From the sequence record PV467749.1: a stretch of DNA of 64,000 nt; one strand, given 5' to 3'. The first letter of the stretch is position 1, and each line of letters starts with the position of its first letter. Shown here one piece after another: positions 9,368-17,395 of the stretch. The translations under genes and the position numbers were made by a program. This stretch comes from a phage. Under the pieces are notes generated by a model. The model was not told the origin of the DNA, did not search any database, and was given only the letters and a program-made list of their open reading frames with translations.

Positions 9368-11077
9368 TTAATAACCAATTGTTGTCCAGTACACGCCCAG
9401 TCCACGTGGATTATCATCATTTGGGTTAGCTGCACCAACAGCAATCTGTGAGTTACTTAAAATATTACCATGTGATGCCCATGCAGCATCATTATCTGGA
9501 CGACCTGATACTCTACCAGTTACTTGTAGATTTAAACAAGCATTTGGGTATGGTATAGGTAATGTTACAGTTACATACGAGTCATCCCCTACTGCCAAGT
9601 ATCCCCACTGGGTTATCATACCAGTATTGTTATCTTTATACCAGCCATTTTGTGTCAACGACGCAGAAGTTGTTGTGGTAGATATAGTTACATTACCACT
9701 TGCATCTGCCGCAGTACCGTTAACTGAACGTACAATGTTTTTACCAGATACTGTTGCAGAGTTAGAACTAACAACCAACGATGGAGAAGTTAGTACACCA
9801 GATGAGTTAATTGTAACTTCCGAACCACCATTACTTCTCAAACGTAATGTATTGTTAGATGAACTATGATAAATTGCTGCACGTTCACCATCAGTAGCGT
9901 TACGGAAGTAAAGTACTAATGAAGTGTCATTTGAACGTATAGAAGCACTGTTAGCAATAGTCAATGAACCAGTCATTACATCACCAGTTTTAAGTACATA
10001 ACGGGTGTTTGCAACTTTTTCACTCAAAGCAACGTTGGACTCAGCAATGTTATATAAGTATGCCACATTGAAGTGTGGTACGTCAATATTACTAATTCCG
10101 TGGCTGTGTGCTTGACCACTACCAACGGTATTGGTTGAACCACTGAAACTATGCACGTGATCAGGTGCTTCGTTAATGTTATTAATTACAGTTGGGATTC
10201 CGTTGTCGTTACTGGATGTTAACGCATTAAGACCACTTCTGTCCATACCTTTTAGTGCCTGACTATGACCATGACGACCAGCAGCACCAGTAGTTCCACT
10301 GAAACTAAATGAGTGCGGTGGAAGTTGAGCAATTGATATCGCAGTACCACTAATTGATGCACTACTTGCAATCACACTATCAGTTTTAGTTACGCCTGAT
10401 GTGGTAATGCCTTTCAAGTATGCTTCTTGGTTAAGATTCGGAACTTGTTTTGTGATTGTACCATTTTCACCAACCCATTGCCACCACATTCCATCAGCAA
10501 AACACCAACCATCAGAAGTTTTCCACGGAGAACCTTGTGAACCATTACGACCACTTTGACCATTGGTTACACCAGACATCTGTTCACGAATACTAGCAAC
10601 AGTTTGTCCAGAAGTCAATGAGTACTGGGTAATTGCACCAGGCTTCATTGAAGTATAAAGACCTGTTGGGCCAGTACCGCTACTTGATGGAGTAGGGAAT
10701 ACGATATTTAAATTCGTACCACTAATGCTCGCACTTGGAACAGCACTACTACTATATGTTACAGTTTCAACTTTTAAATTCAGTTTACGGTTCACTTCAT
10801 CGAGTGAAATACGGATTGGTTCAAGAATTGTATCAGTATCGTATACTGCAATCCAACTTGTCCCGTTGTGGTATTTTAACACCAACTCATTTCTATCAAA
10901 TACCATCGCACCTTGCTCACCTGCTGGCAATGCCTGTACTGGTAAAATGACAGAAGATGAATTAAAACGAATAGGTCTTGGATTAGTTGGTGTACCACCA
11001 AGCACTATTAGTTCTAAAGATCCATTAGCACCAGTACTAGTCATAGTATCCAGTGGGTTATTAAAACTTATGCTCAT
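9368..11077 (-). CDS. tail fiber protein (Ser/Thr/Gly/Asn-rich, with HxH motifs)
   Basis: 569 aa fiber-like composition; HGHS, HVHS, HSHG motifs reminiscent of metal-binding HxH repeats in T4 gp37/gp12 fiber tips; terminator downstream. Confidence 0.8.
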   Translation of the reverse strand: MSISFNNPLDTMTSTGANGSLELIVLGGTPTNPRPIRFNSSSVILPVQALPAGEQGAMVFDRNELVLKYHNGTSWIAVYDTDTILEPIRISLDEVNRKLNLKVETVTYSSSAVPSASISGTNLNIVFPTPSSSGTGPTGLYTSMKPGAITQYSLTSGQTVASIREQMSGVTNGQSGRNGSQGSPWKTSDGWCFADGMWWQWVGENGTITKQVPNLNQEAYLKGITTSGVTKTDSVIASSASISGTAISIAQLPPHSFSFSGTTGAAGRHGHSQALKGMDRSGLNALTSSNDNGIPTVINNINEAPDHVHSFSGSTNTVGSGQAHSHGISNIDVPHFNVAYLYNIAESNVALSEKVANTRYVLKTGDVMTGSLTIANSASIRSNDTSLVLYFRNATDGERAAIYHSSSNNTLRLRSNGGSEVTINSSGVLTSPSLVVSSNSATVSGKNIVRSVNGTAADASGNVTISTTTTSASLTQNGWYKDNNTGMITQWGYLAVGDDSYVTVTLPIPYPNACLNLQVTGRVSGRPDNDAAWASHGNILSNSQIAVGAANPNDDNPRGLGVYWTTIGY

Positions 11078-11118
11078 GTATAAATCCCTTTAATGATTAA
11101 TATATACTATATTTATTA

Positions 11119-11427
11119 CTATAGCAAGTCGTTTTCCATATCGTCAAGAACAGAATCAACGATGTTCGCTGCTATCTTCTTAGGCATCTTGAACCACTCG
11201 GTGTTAGGTTGCCTTACTGCGTTCATTTGTTTTAGTCTTTTGTGAATTTCTTTCTCTGCTAAACGTGCATCTTCAAAGTGTACTTCATGGTATACCACAA
11301 AATCTCTAAAAGGTGTAGCAGTTTGATATGTCCTTAAACGTTCTGTCATTTCAGATTTACTGGTAAATCCTATCTTAACATAATCAGGCCACGCATCATT
11401 TACTATAACATAACATATCTGTGACAT
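11119..11427 (-). CDS. stand-alone GIY-YIG-like (T5orf172-type) nuclease domain protein
   Basis: ICYVIVNDAWPDYVKIGFT...R...Y fits GIY-YIG/T5orf172 pattern; start chosen at ATG with GGAGA RBS (track ORF starts 15 nt upstream). Confidence 0.65.
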   Translation of the reverse strand: MSQICYVIVNDAWPDYVKIGFTSKSEMTERLRTYQTATPFRDFVVYHEVHFEDARLAEKEIHKRLKQMNAVRQPNTEWFKMPKKIAANIVDSVLDDMENDLL

Positions 11428-11466
11428 AGAAAATATCTCCATCAGTAATATGAAGATATTTATTAA

Positions 11467-11817
11467 TCAAGTAATTCGGAAATTTACCCCAGCATCAATT
11501 AGGCGTTGGAATGGGTTTTGTGGCTCGAATTCAGAAGGAGTTTTTGAAATGTTCAGTACTGGAGCATCAGCATGTAACTTTGACATACGTTCTTTGTACT
11601 TATCTAAGTATTCTTCATATAACATATCTTCAGTGTTACTATCAAGTATGTCTTCAATAAATGAATCAATACTATAGTCCAGTCTATCATCATTATAATA
11701 CAAAGTTTCACTAGCTTCATCATAACCAACTAAAGTCCCGTATGGAACGTTAATCTCAATTTTTGAGTACTGACTCTTTAAGTACTCTTCTTTCTTAAAA
11801 ATGTATACAGTTAACAT
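11467..11817 (-). CDS. hypothetical acidic protein
   Basis: Track start is TTG; in-frame ATG (MLTVYIF) preceded by AAGGAG RBS. Confidence 0.55.
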   Translation of the reverse strand: MLTVYIFKKEEYLKSQYSKIEINVPYGTLVGYDEASETLYYNDDRLDYSIDSFIEDILDSNTEDMLYEEYLDKYKERMSKLHADAPVLNISKTPSEFEPQNPFQRLIDAGVNFRIT

Positions 11818-11840
11818 CCGTGTCAACTCCTTATGGTTGT

Positions 11841-12938
11841 TTACTTAAAAGTATTTACAATTTCTAAAACACTTTCAAGATACTTAGCATCAAAAGTTTC
11901 AGTAAATCCTGATGGCAACTCTTCAGTACTTACCACACCACTTTCAATGTATTTCTTTATGAACTTTTCCAACAGTAATGGTTGATTGCCATCTTCAAAG
12001 TAGCGTTCTATAAGTACTTCATGCTCGAACTCAGAATTGCGGCTTTGTTCGTTAACACGGCGTTTCATATCACCAGTGATCCCATATTTGTACACCGTCT
12101 TGTTATTGTTAGTTAGTTTTTGTACATAGAAATATCCAGGTTTTGATGGTTGATATCCATATTCACCACATGATGGACATCCTTTACCAGCCATATGTGC
12201 TTTTGGTTGTTGGGAGAAGACACCATGAGTCGGACATACAATATCAATATAATTCTCGCTTAAAGTATATTCAACCAAGCTATAATCATACTTATGGTTA
12301 TGGATAGGCGACACAAGTTCAATGAAACGTTCAGTGCTTCTTCCACCTTTACCAGAACATGTACCGCAGCCAGTTTTACCCTTCAATAAAGTTTGGGCTG
12401 AAACAGTCCATTCGTGTTTACCGCGTGTGCAATATACGGTAACTTCCGTTTTATTGTTAACATATTTGGTATTTGGAAATTCAAACGCACCACCATAGTT
12501 TTCTTTTACTTTTGCGATGAATGATTCAGTACTGTATGCTTCATTTTTATTACAGACAGGACATCCCCTACCAGAAAGAAATTTGTTTGGTGTAATTTCA
12601 AAGTAATCGTTATGGTCTTCATCAGTGCAAAATAGTGTTACTTTTGTTATAGCGTTAGTGTAATTTAGTTTATCAAATTTGAATTTATCTTTACCAAATT
12701 TAGTTTCTACAGTACTGATGAATGTGTCGTTGTTTGAACGCTGTGACATGTTTGAATAACATGATGCACATGTACATGCAATGTGACGAAGTGCAGACTT
12801 GGTGTTTTCTTTCCCACACTTGTTACATTTTACTGTTGTTTTACTTGCCTTGAATACTAAAGTACTGAAGTCAAATTCTCCATACTTAGCAGTCATTTGG
12901 TTAATAAACTCTTCTTTGTTGATACTTACGTTTGGCAT
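11841..12938 (-). CDS. homing-endonuclease-like protein: repeated Cys/His zinc-ribbon-like modules + C-terminal GIY-YIG-like (T5orf172) domain
   Basis: Four repeats of ...Y.....C..HG.F.Q.P..H..G.GC..C; C-terminal PGYFYV...KYGIT...R; consensus sigma70 promoter upstream. Confidence 0.8.
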   Translation of the reverse strand: MPNVSINKEEFINQMTAKYGEFDFSTLVFKASKTTVKCNKCGKENTKSALRHIACTCASCYSNMSQRSNNDTFISTVETKFGKDKFKFDKLNYTNAITKVTLFCTDEDHNDYFEITPNKFLSGRGCPVCNKNEAYSTESFIAKVKENYGGAFEFPNTKYVNNKTEVTVYCTRGKHEWTVSAQTLLKGKTGCGTCSGKGGRSTERFIELVSPIHNHKYDYSLVEYTLSENYIDIVCPTHGVFSQQPKAHMAGKGCPSCGEYGYQPSKPGYFYVQKLTNNNKTVYKYGITGDMKRRVNEQSRNSEFEHEVLIERYFEDGNQPLLLEKFIKKYIESGVVSTEELPSGFTETFDAKYLESVLEIVNTFK

Positions 12939-12970
12939 ATTTTTGTCTCTTTGATAGCGTGTATGTGCGT

Positions 12971-12999
12971 ATTATACATAACCAAAAACATCATGTCAA
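12971..12999 (-). promoter_or_regulatory. consensus sigma70 promoter TTGACA-N17-TATAAT
   Basis: Minus strand cattGACAtgatgtttttggttatgTATAATacg, just downstream of capsid terminator and upstream of endonuclease gene 11841..12938. Confidence 0.65.
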
Positions 13000-13009
13000 T
13001 GTTTTTAAT

Positions 13010-13034
13010 AAAAAAAGGGACTCCGAAGAGTCCC
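13010..13034 (-). terminator. strong intrinsic terminator downstream of major capsid gene
   Basis: GGGACTC-TTCG-GAGTCCC followed by TTTTTTT on minus strand. Confidence 0.85.
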
Positions 13035-13078
13035 TATTGTTTTTAATTTCTTGATTAAATCTTTTAAATCGATTATAA

Positions 13079-14254
13079 TTACATGAAAGTAACGTTTTTG
13101 ATAGCGATTTTGCTGTAGTAGTCAGCAGCGTTACCTAGTGAACTGGTGCTATCGGTCAACTGTACATAGCCATATCTGGTTAGAAAAGTTGTAACGAGTT
13201 CCCCAGTGTTAGGGTCCATTACAGTACCGGAAGCCATTAGTGGGATGTATGGGCAATAGAACACACCAGCATCAGTTTCAGCGTTACCTTTGTAACCAAT
13301 TAGGATATCTTCAACATCACTTGCATAGGTATCAACGAAGATACGCATGGTGCTGTTTAGAGTACCAACAAATTTAACGTTAGTTGGAGCTTCGAAAGTA
13401 CCTTCAGTAGTACGTGCAAAACTAGAAGTAGTTGCAGACTGTAGAATGGTTAGAGCGGTTGGAGAAACAACAGCCCAGTTCGCAGCACCACGTTTGGTAC
13501 GACGAGCAACTTCGTTCGCTTGACGGTTGATTAGGGTAGCTAGAGCAGCGTGCTCGTCACCAACGAAGGTCGCAACACCAGTAACTTTAGATTGGTCATA
13601 AGTTACAGCAGCAGCACCAGGTAGTGCACGTAGACGGCTTAGTAGCTCTTGGTCGATTTCAACGGTAACTTCTTGAGCGATTGCAGCCATTAGTTCAGCT
13701 TCAACGTCAATACCATGTTGGGATTGTGCATCTTGTGCAGATTCAACAGTCCAACGTGCAGATAGACGACGAGATTTCGCTTCAACAGTTTCACGTAGAA
13801 TACGGATGTTAACGCGACGACCCATAGTACCTTCTAGTTGGCTAGTAGGAGCAGCTTGTGGGTTGCTGTTGTCTGCGTTTAGGTCACCAGTATAAGACTT
13901 AGCGATTTTGTATGGAGAAAGCATTTCTTCACCAGCGATAACACCAGGAGCGTTGTCAGCATATTGAACACGTAGGGTGTGGATCTGACCAACTGGGCCA
14001 GTCATTGGCTGAACACCGATGATTTCGTTAGCGATTACGGTTGGCATAACACGACGCATAATTGGTAGAATCACTTTGTTTAGAGTAGCGATGTTACCAG
14101 CGGTGGTTGCACCAGAAGTAGCAGATTCGTTTAGCATTAGTTTACGATGGTTATCAAGTACGGTTTCCATTACGGACTTACGAGTACCTTGTAGACCTTC
14201 AACTAGTTTCTCTTTAACTGCTACCCATTTGGATTCATTTAGTAGTTGTGACAT
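13079..14254 (-). CDS. major capsid protein (T4 gp23-like)
   Basis: IIGVQPMTGPVGQ vs T4 gp23 ICGVQPMNSPTGQ; VEAKSRRL...SAQDAQSQHGIDVEAEL vs IEAKSRQL...LAQDLRAVHGMDADAEL; IGYKGNAETDAGVFYCPY vs VGYKGPNEMDAGIYYAPY; AAGGAGAT RBS, TATAAATA upstream, strong terminator downstream. Confidence 0.92.
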   Translation of the reverse strand: MSQLLNESKWVAVKEKLVEGLQGTRKSVMETVLDNHRKLMLNESATSGATTAGNIATLNKVILPIMRRVMPTVIANEIIGVQPMTGPVGQIHTLRVQYADNAPGVIAGEEMLSPYKIAKSYTGDLNADNSNPQAAPTSQLEGTMGRRVNIRILRETVEAKSRRLSARWTVESAQDAQSQHGIDVEAELMAAIAQEVTVEIDQELLSRLRALPGAAAVTYDQSKVTGVATFVGDEHAALATLINRQANEVARRTKRGAANWAVVSPTALTILQSATTSSFARTTEGTFEAPTNVKFVGTLNSTMRIFVDTYASDVEDILIGYKGNAETDAGVFYCPYIPLMASGTVMDPNTGELVTTFLTRYGYVQLTDSTSSLGNAADYYSKIAIKNVTFM

Positions 14255-14298
14255 TATTATCTCCTTAAAGATGTTATATTCGTTTTTCAGTATGATAT

Positions 14299-14306
14299 TA
14301 TTTATA
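14299..14306 (-). promoter_or_regulatory. T4-type late promoter TATAAATA for major capsid gene
   Basis: ttcagttcTATAAATAatatcatact about 45 nt upstream of ATG at 14254. Confidence 0.7.
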
Positions 14307-14344
14307 GAACTGAAAAATTTGATTATTAAAATGCTTTAAAATGT

Positions 14345-15460
14345 TTATTTTTTATTGATACCAGAAAGAACATCGAGTTCTTTTAGGAATGCCATATCGT
14401 CAGCGGTCATTTCTTCGCTTTCAACAATAGCCTGACGGTTGCCAGTGATTACTTTACCTTCTGCAAGAGTTCTCTTAGCGGAAGACTGAACTGCTTGACG
14501 AGTGGTAGCAGATTCATTTACTTTAGTACCGTTAAGTACTGACTTATGGTACTTGCTGAAATCGTCTTTAAGCTTTTCTGTAGGAGAAGTAGCTAGAAGG
14601 GATTCCATAATTTGTTTCTGTTGTGTAGTTAGTGGCTTAACTAGTTCAGACATAATCGCATTACGAGCTTGTGAATCTTCCATAATACGTAGTTTGGTTT
14701 TAGCAGCTTTAACTTCACTTACAGTTTCATTTAGTTCTTGTTTAACTTGTGCAATTTCGTCTTCTTTAGACTTAATTGATTCAGTTAGGGAACGTAGTAG
14801 TGAATTCTCATTAAATTGTTTGACATTAAACTCTTGAGCAAACGCTTCAAAGATTTTACGACCAAACATATTTTGTTTTGCTTCAACAAGATCTTCTTTC
14901 AAAGCGTATAGGTTTTTCTGAGTAGTTTCTGCAATATATTTAGCAGCACTTTCAGATGTACGTTTGATGAAGTTGTTACGTGCTTCAGCAATTTGACGGG
15001 AGCCTTCAGCTAGTAGTTTAACGCGAGTTTCAACTAGTTGACGTTTCTCGATGTGGAATTCTTTTAGCTCTTCTGCTAGGATACCGTTAGAGAAATTAAC
15101 GAATTTACCCATGCATTCTTGAAGATGCTTACGTTCTTTACGCATTTGTTTAACTTCTTCAGCCAAAACAGAGTTAGAAAACGCAGAGAAATTACTTAGG
15201 GTTTTACGGAGAGTTACACGATCTTCTACAAGACGTTTTTTCTCTTCATATACTGCACCCATTTCTTCAGCGATAACTTGAGTAACCATAGTATTTAGAC
15301 CTTCGGTTAGCTCAGACAAATCTTGTTTGTAGCGGCCTTTCATTTCTTCACGCATTTCTGCGGCAAGTGTGTTTTTTTCTTCATTCCATGCTTCCTGAAT
15401 TAGCTGTTTTGCCTCATCAGAAAGAGATGATTCTTTTAGAAGCTTTTCTAATTTAGACAT
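14345..15460 (-). CDS. prohead scaffold protein (T4 gp22-like, coiled coil)
   Basis: E/K/Q-rich coiled-coil protein between protease and capsid genes; AAAGGAGAG RBS; TATAAATA upstream. Confidence 0.8.
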   Translation of the reverse strand: MSKLEKLLKESSLSDEAKQLIQEAWNEEKNTLAAEMREEMKGRYKQDLSELTEGLNTMVTQVIAEEMGAVYEEKKRLVEDRVTLRKTLSNFSAFSNSVLAEEVKQMRKERKHLQECMGKFVNFSNGILAEELKEFHIEKRQLVETRVKLLAEGSRQIAEARNNFIKRTSESAAKYIAETTQKNLYALKEDLVEAKQNMFGRKIFEAFAQEFNVKQFNENSLLRSLTESIKSKEDEIAQVKQELNETVSEVKAAKTKLRIMEDSQARNAIMSELVKPLTTQQKQIMESLLATSPTEKLKDDFSKYHKSVLNGTKVNESATTRQAVQSSAKRTLAEGKVITGNRQAIVESEEMTADDMAFLKELDVLSGINKK

Positions 15461-15507
15461 TCGTTCTCTCCTTTAAGTACTGAAATATCTGTACTTCAAC
15501 ATACAAA

Positions 15508-15515
15508 TATTTATA
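15508..15515 (-). promoter_or_regulatory. T4-type late promoter TATAAATA for scaffold gene
   Basis: aaaaaTATAAATAtttg about 48 nt upstream of ATG at 15460. Confidence 0.65.
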
Positions 15516-15526
15516 TTTTTAAAATG

Positions 15527-16147
15527 TTAACCTTTTAATTTCTTGAAAAAATCGTAAATTTCAGAATCTACATTATTTACTGTTTTAGATTCTGTGATTT
15601 TTTTAGGACTATTACAAGGTGATCCGTACTTACTCATCAGAGATTCAAAAACCGCAGTAGGGTATGCCTCTGGAGCACTAGGTTGAGCAACAATATCAAT
15701 TGTGATAATTTCAAAATCAGAAACTATTCCATTGTAATCCACGTTACCGGAACCACGAGAACTTACACCAAGTTTCACACCAGCTTCTAGCATTTTACGA
15801 ATATTAGTACCATGAGCAGTATCAAGTAGTTTGATTTCTGCCATGCCGTTAGCACCTTCCATCCAGACCTTAGTAATCATTGCTGCTACACGGTCAAGGT
15901 TAATTGTTAGTGTTTCAGGGTGGTCACATTCAACTAGAATACTTTCACCTTTAGCCAAACGTTGAGCCATATTATTAACAGCTTTAGTAATTTCGGCTAA
16001 AGGGTAAATTCTCTCATTTAAATTTCTTTGATCGGCTTGAATAGCAATACCACGAAGATAGCAATCACGCCCACCAAGTCCATTATCACGATGTTCCAAA
16101 ACAACTTTAGAATCATTGAATGAAGACCATTCACGAATCATACTCAT
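15527..16147 (-). CDS. prohead core protease (T4 gp21-like)
   Basis: RNLNERIYPLAEITKAV vs T4 gp21 RNKRLYPKRILEKAV; GVSSRGSGNV vs GVSSRGLGSL. Confidence 0.9.
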   Translation of the reverse strand: MSMIREWSSFNDSKVVLEHRDNGLGGRDCYLRGIAIQADQRNLNERIYPLAEITKAVNNMAQRLAKGESILVECDHPETLTINLDRVAAMITKVWMEGANGMAEIKLLDTAHGTNIRKMLEAGVKLGVSSRGSGNVDYNGIVSDFEIITIDIVAQPSAPEAYPTAVFESLMSKYGSPCNSPKKITESKTVNNVDSEIYDFFKKLKG

Positions 16148-16178
16148 AATGATCTCCTTTCCTTTTCTTTATTTAGTG

Positions 16179-16994
16179 TTAGATTTTTGGTTGTGATTTT
16201 GGTAGTGGAGAACGAGATTTAGAAGCGGTATTTTTTGGCTTCGCAACATCTTTCATTTCGCCACGAGCATTTTTACCTAGGTCTTCATCAGTGTGGGACA
16301 TAGCATCTTCGTTTTCAAAATCATAATCTACTTGTTTTTCGGAAGCTTTAGCGAATTTCACTGGAGCAACACCTTGAACTGGAGATTTAGCTTCTGGTGC
16401 AACTGGGGACTTGGTATTAACGCCAGCTTTTTCTTTCTTATCAACCGCAGCAACTTGCTTAAGTTTGAAAGACTCACCAACTTTCTCATCACCGAATTGT
16501 ACATCAGCAAATTCGTCTTCAGATTCTTCACCATCAGCACCAACTTCAACTTCTTCGTCGTCAGAACCTAGGTCAACTTCATCACCACCGATTTCGTCAA
16601 ACATTTGTTGTAGGCCACGGAAAGCATCTTGAATAGATTCCCATTGGTCTTCGGAAGGAACTTCTGCACCAACTTCTGCTTCAGCGTCAACTTCTTCGCC
16701 ATCAGCATCAGCAGAGAATTCAACTTCTTCTTCTGCACTTTCATCTTCTTCACCTAGGGTGTATTCGATTTCAGCATTTAGACCAGCGTCTGGTTGAACA
16801 TCAAAGTCTTCGTCAAGTTTTTCTTCGTCTTTGACTTCAACTTCACATTCTTCTTCGTCCATGCTTTCTTCTAGTTCTTTATTGATTTCTTGAGCTTGCT
16901 CAACAAAGTACTTACGCATTTTTTTATCAGCAACATCTTGTTCGCCGTTTGCAAACGCTTCAATTGCTTCTTGTAGTAGTTTTAAATTCGCCAT
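16179..16994 (-). CDS. highly acidic prohead core protein (gp68-position)
   Basis: D/E-rich low-complexity protein between portal and protease; start chosen at ATG (MANLKLL) with GGAGGA RBS; internal ORFs on other frames are shadows. Confidence 0.65.
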   Translation of the reverse strand: MANLKLLQEAIEAFANGEQDVADKKMRKYFVEQAQEINKELEESMDEEECEVEVKDEEKLDEDFDVQPDAGLNAEIEYTLGEEDESAEEEVEFSADADGEEVDAEAEVGAEVPSEDQWESIQDAFRGLQQMFDEIGGDEVDLGSDDEEVEVGADGEESEDEFADVQFGDEKVGESFKLKQVAAVDKKEKAGVNTKSPVAPEAKSPVQGVAPVKFAKASEKQVDYDFENEDAMSHTDEDLGKNARGEMKDVAKPKNTASKSRSPLPKSQPKI

Positions 16995-17036
16995 TATATC
17001 CTCCATAGATATATTACATTCATATAAAGTATGATA

Positions 17037-17044
17037 TTATTTAG
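17037..17044 (-). promoter_or_regulatory. late-promoter-like box CTAAATAA within conserved 30-nt element
   Basis: aaatttttcagtacTAAATAATATCATACT nearly identical to capsid promoter region; about 45 nt upstream of acidic core protein ATG. Confidence 0.45.
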
Positions 17045-17094
17045 TACTGAAAAATTTCGCCATTTTTAAAAGCTTTAAAAAGTGCGATTTTTGT

Positions 17095-17322
17095 TTACAT
17101 TAATCCTGAACCATCACCGGATGGTGCTGCTGCATAAACAACAGCGACAACATTTTTGCGTCGTTGTTCTTCATTAGCTTTAAATTCACGGTACTTTCTT
17201 AAATTATTAAGTACTTGTAATGTTAGTTTTGGTTTTCTGGAATCAGTAATTTTATATACGTTCTGATCATCTTCAGGGTCGTATAAAGAATCACTGCTAG
17301 ATTCAAAGATGTCCTTTAACAT
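17095..17322 (-). CDS. small head-module protein (gp67-position), hypothetical
   Basis: 75 aa, AAAGGAGAT RBS, located between portal and acidic core protein genes. Confidence 0.6.
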   Translation of the reverse strand: MLKDIFESSSDSLYDPEDDQNVYKITDSRKPKLTLQVLNNLRKYREFKANEEQRRKNVVAVVYAAAPSGDGSGLM

Positions 17323-17346
17323 TTCATCTCCTTTGAATATGCATTA

Positions 17347-17374
17347 TAATGAGGGCAACTAATGTACCCTCATT
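17347..17374 (-). other. hairpin between portal stop and next gene, downstream of CATAAATA late-like box
   Basis: AATGAGGG-11 nt loop-CCCTCATT; no T-run. Confidence 0.35.
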
Positions 17375-17395
17375 CTTATACATTGTTATTTATGA

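Noticed and set aside
11078-11118. Plus-strand TATAAAT near 11079 as a late promoter
   Set aside because: Orientation points toward a minus-strand gene; no plus-strand gene downstream.
16293-16753. Four ORFs (16293..16571, 16358..16549, 16411..16632, 16568..16753) overlapping the acidic core protein gene
   Set aside because: Low-complexity D/E-rich coding sequence generates open alternative frames; all lie inside 16179..16994 and lack start signals.
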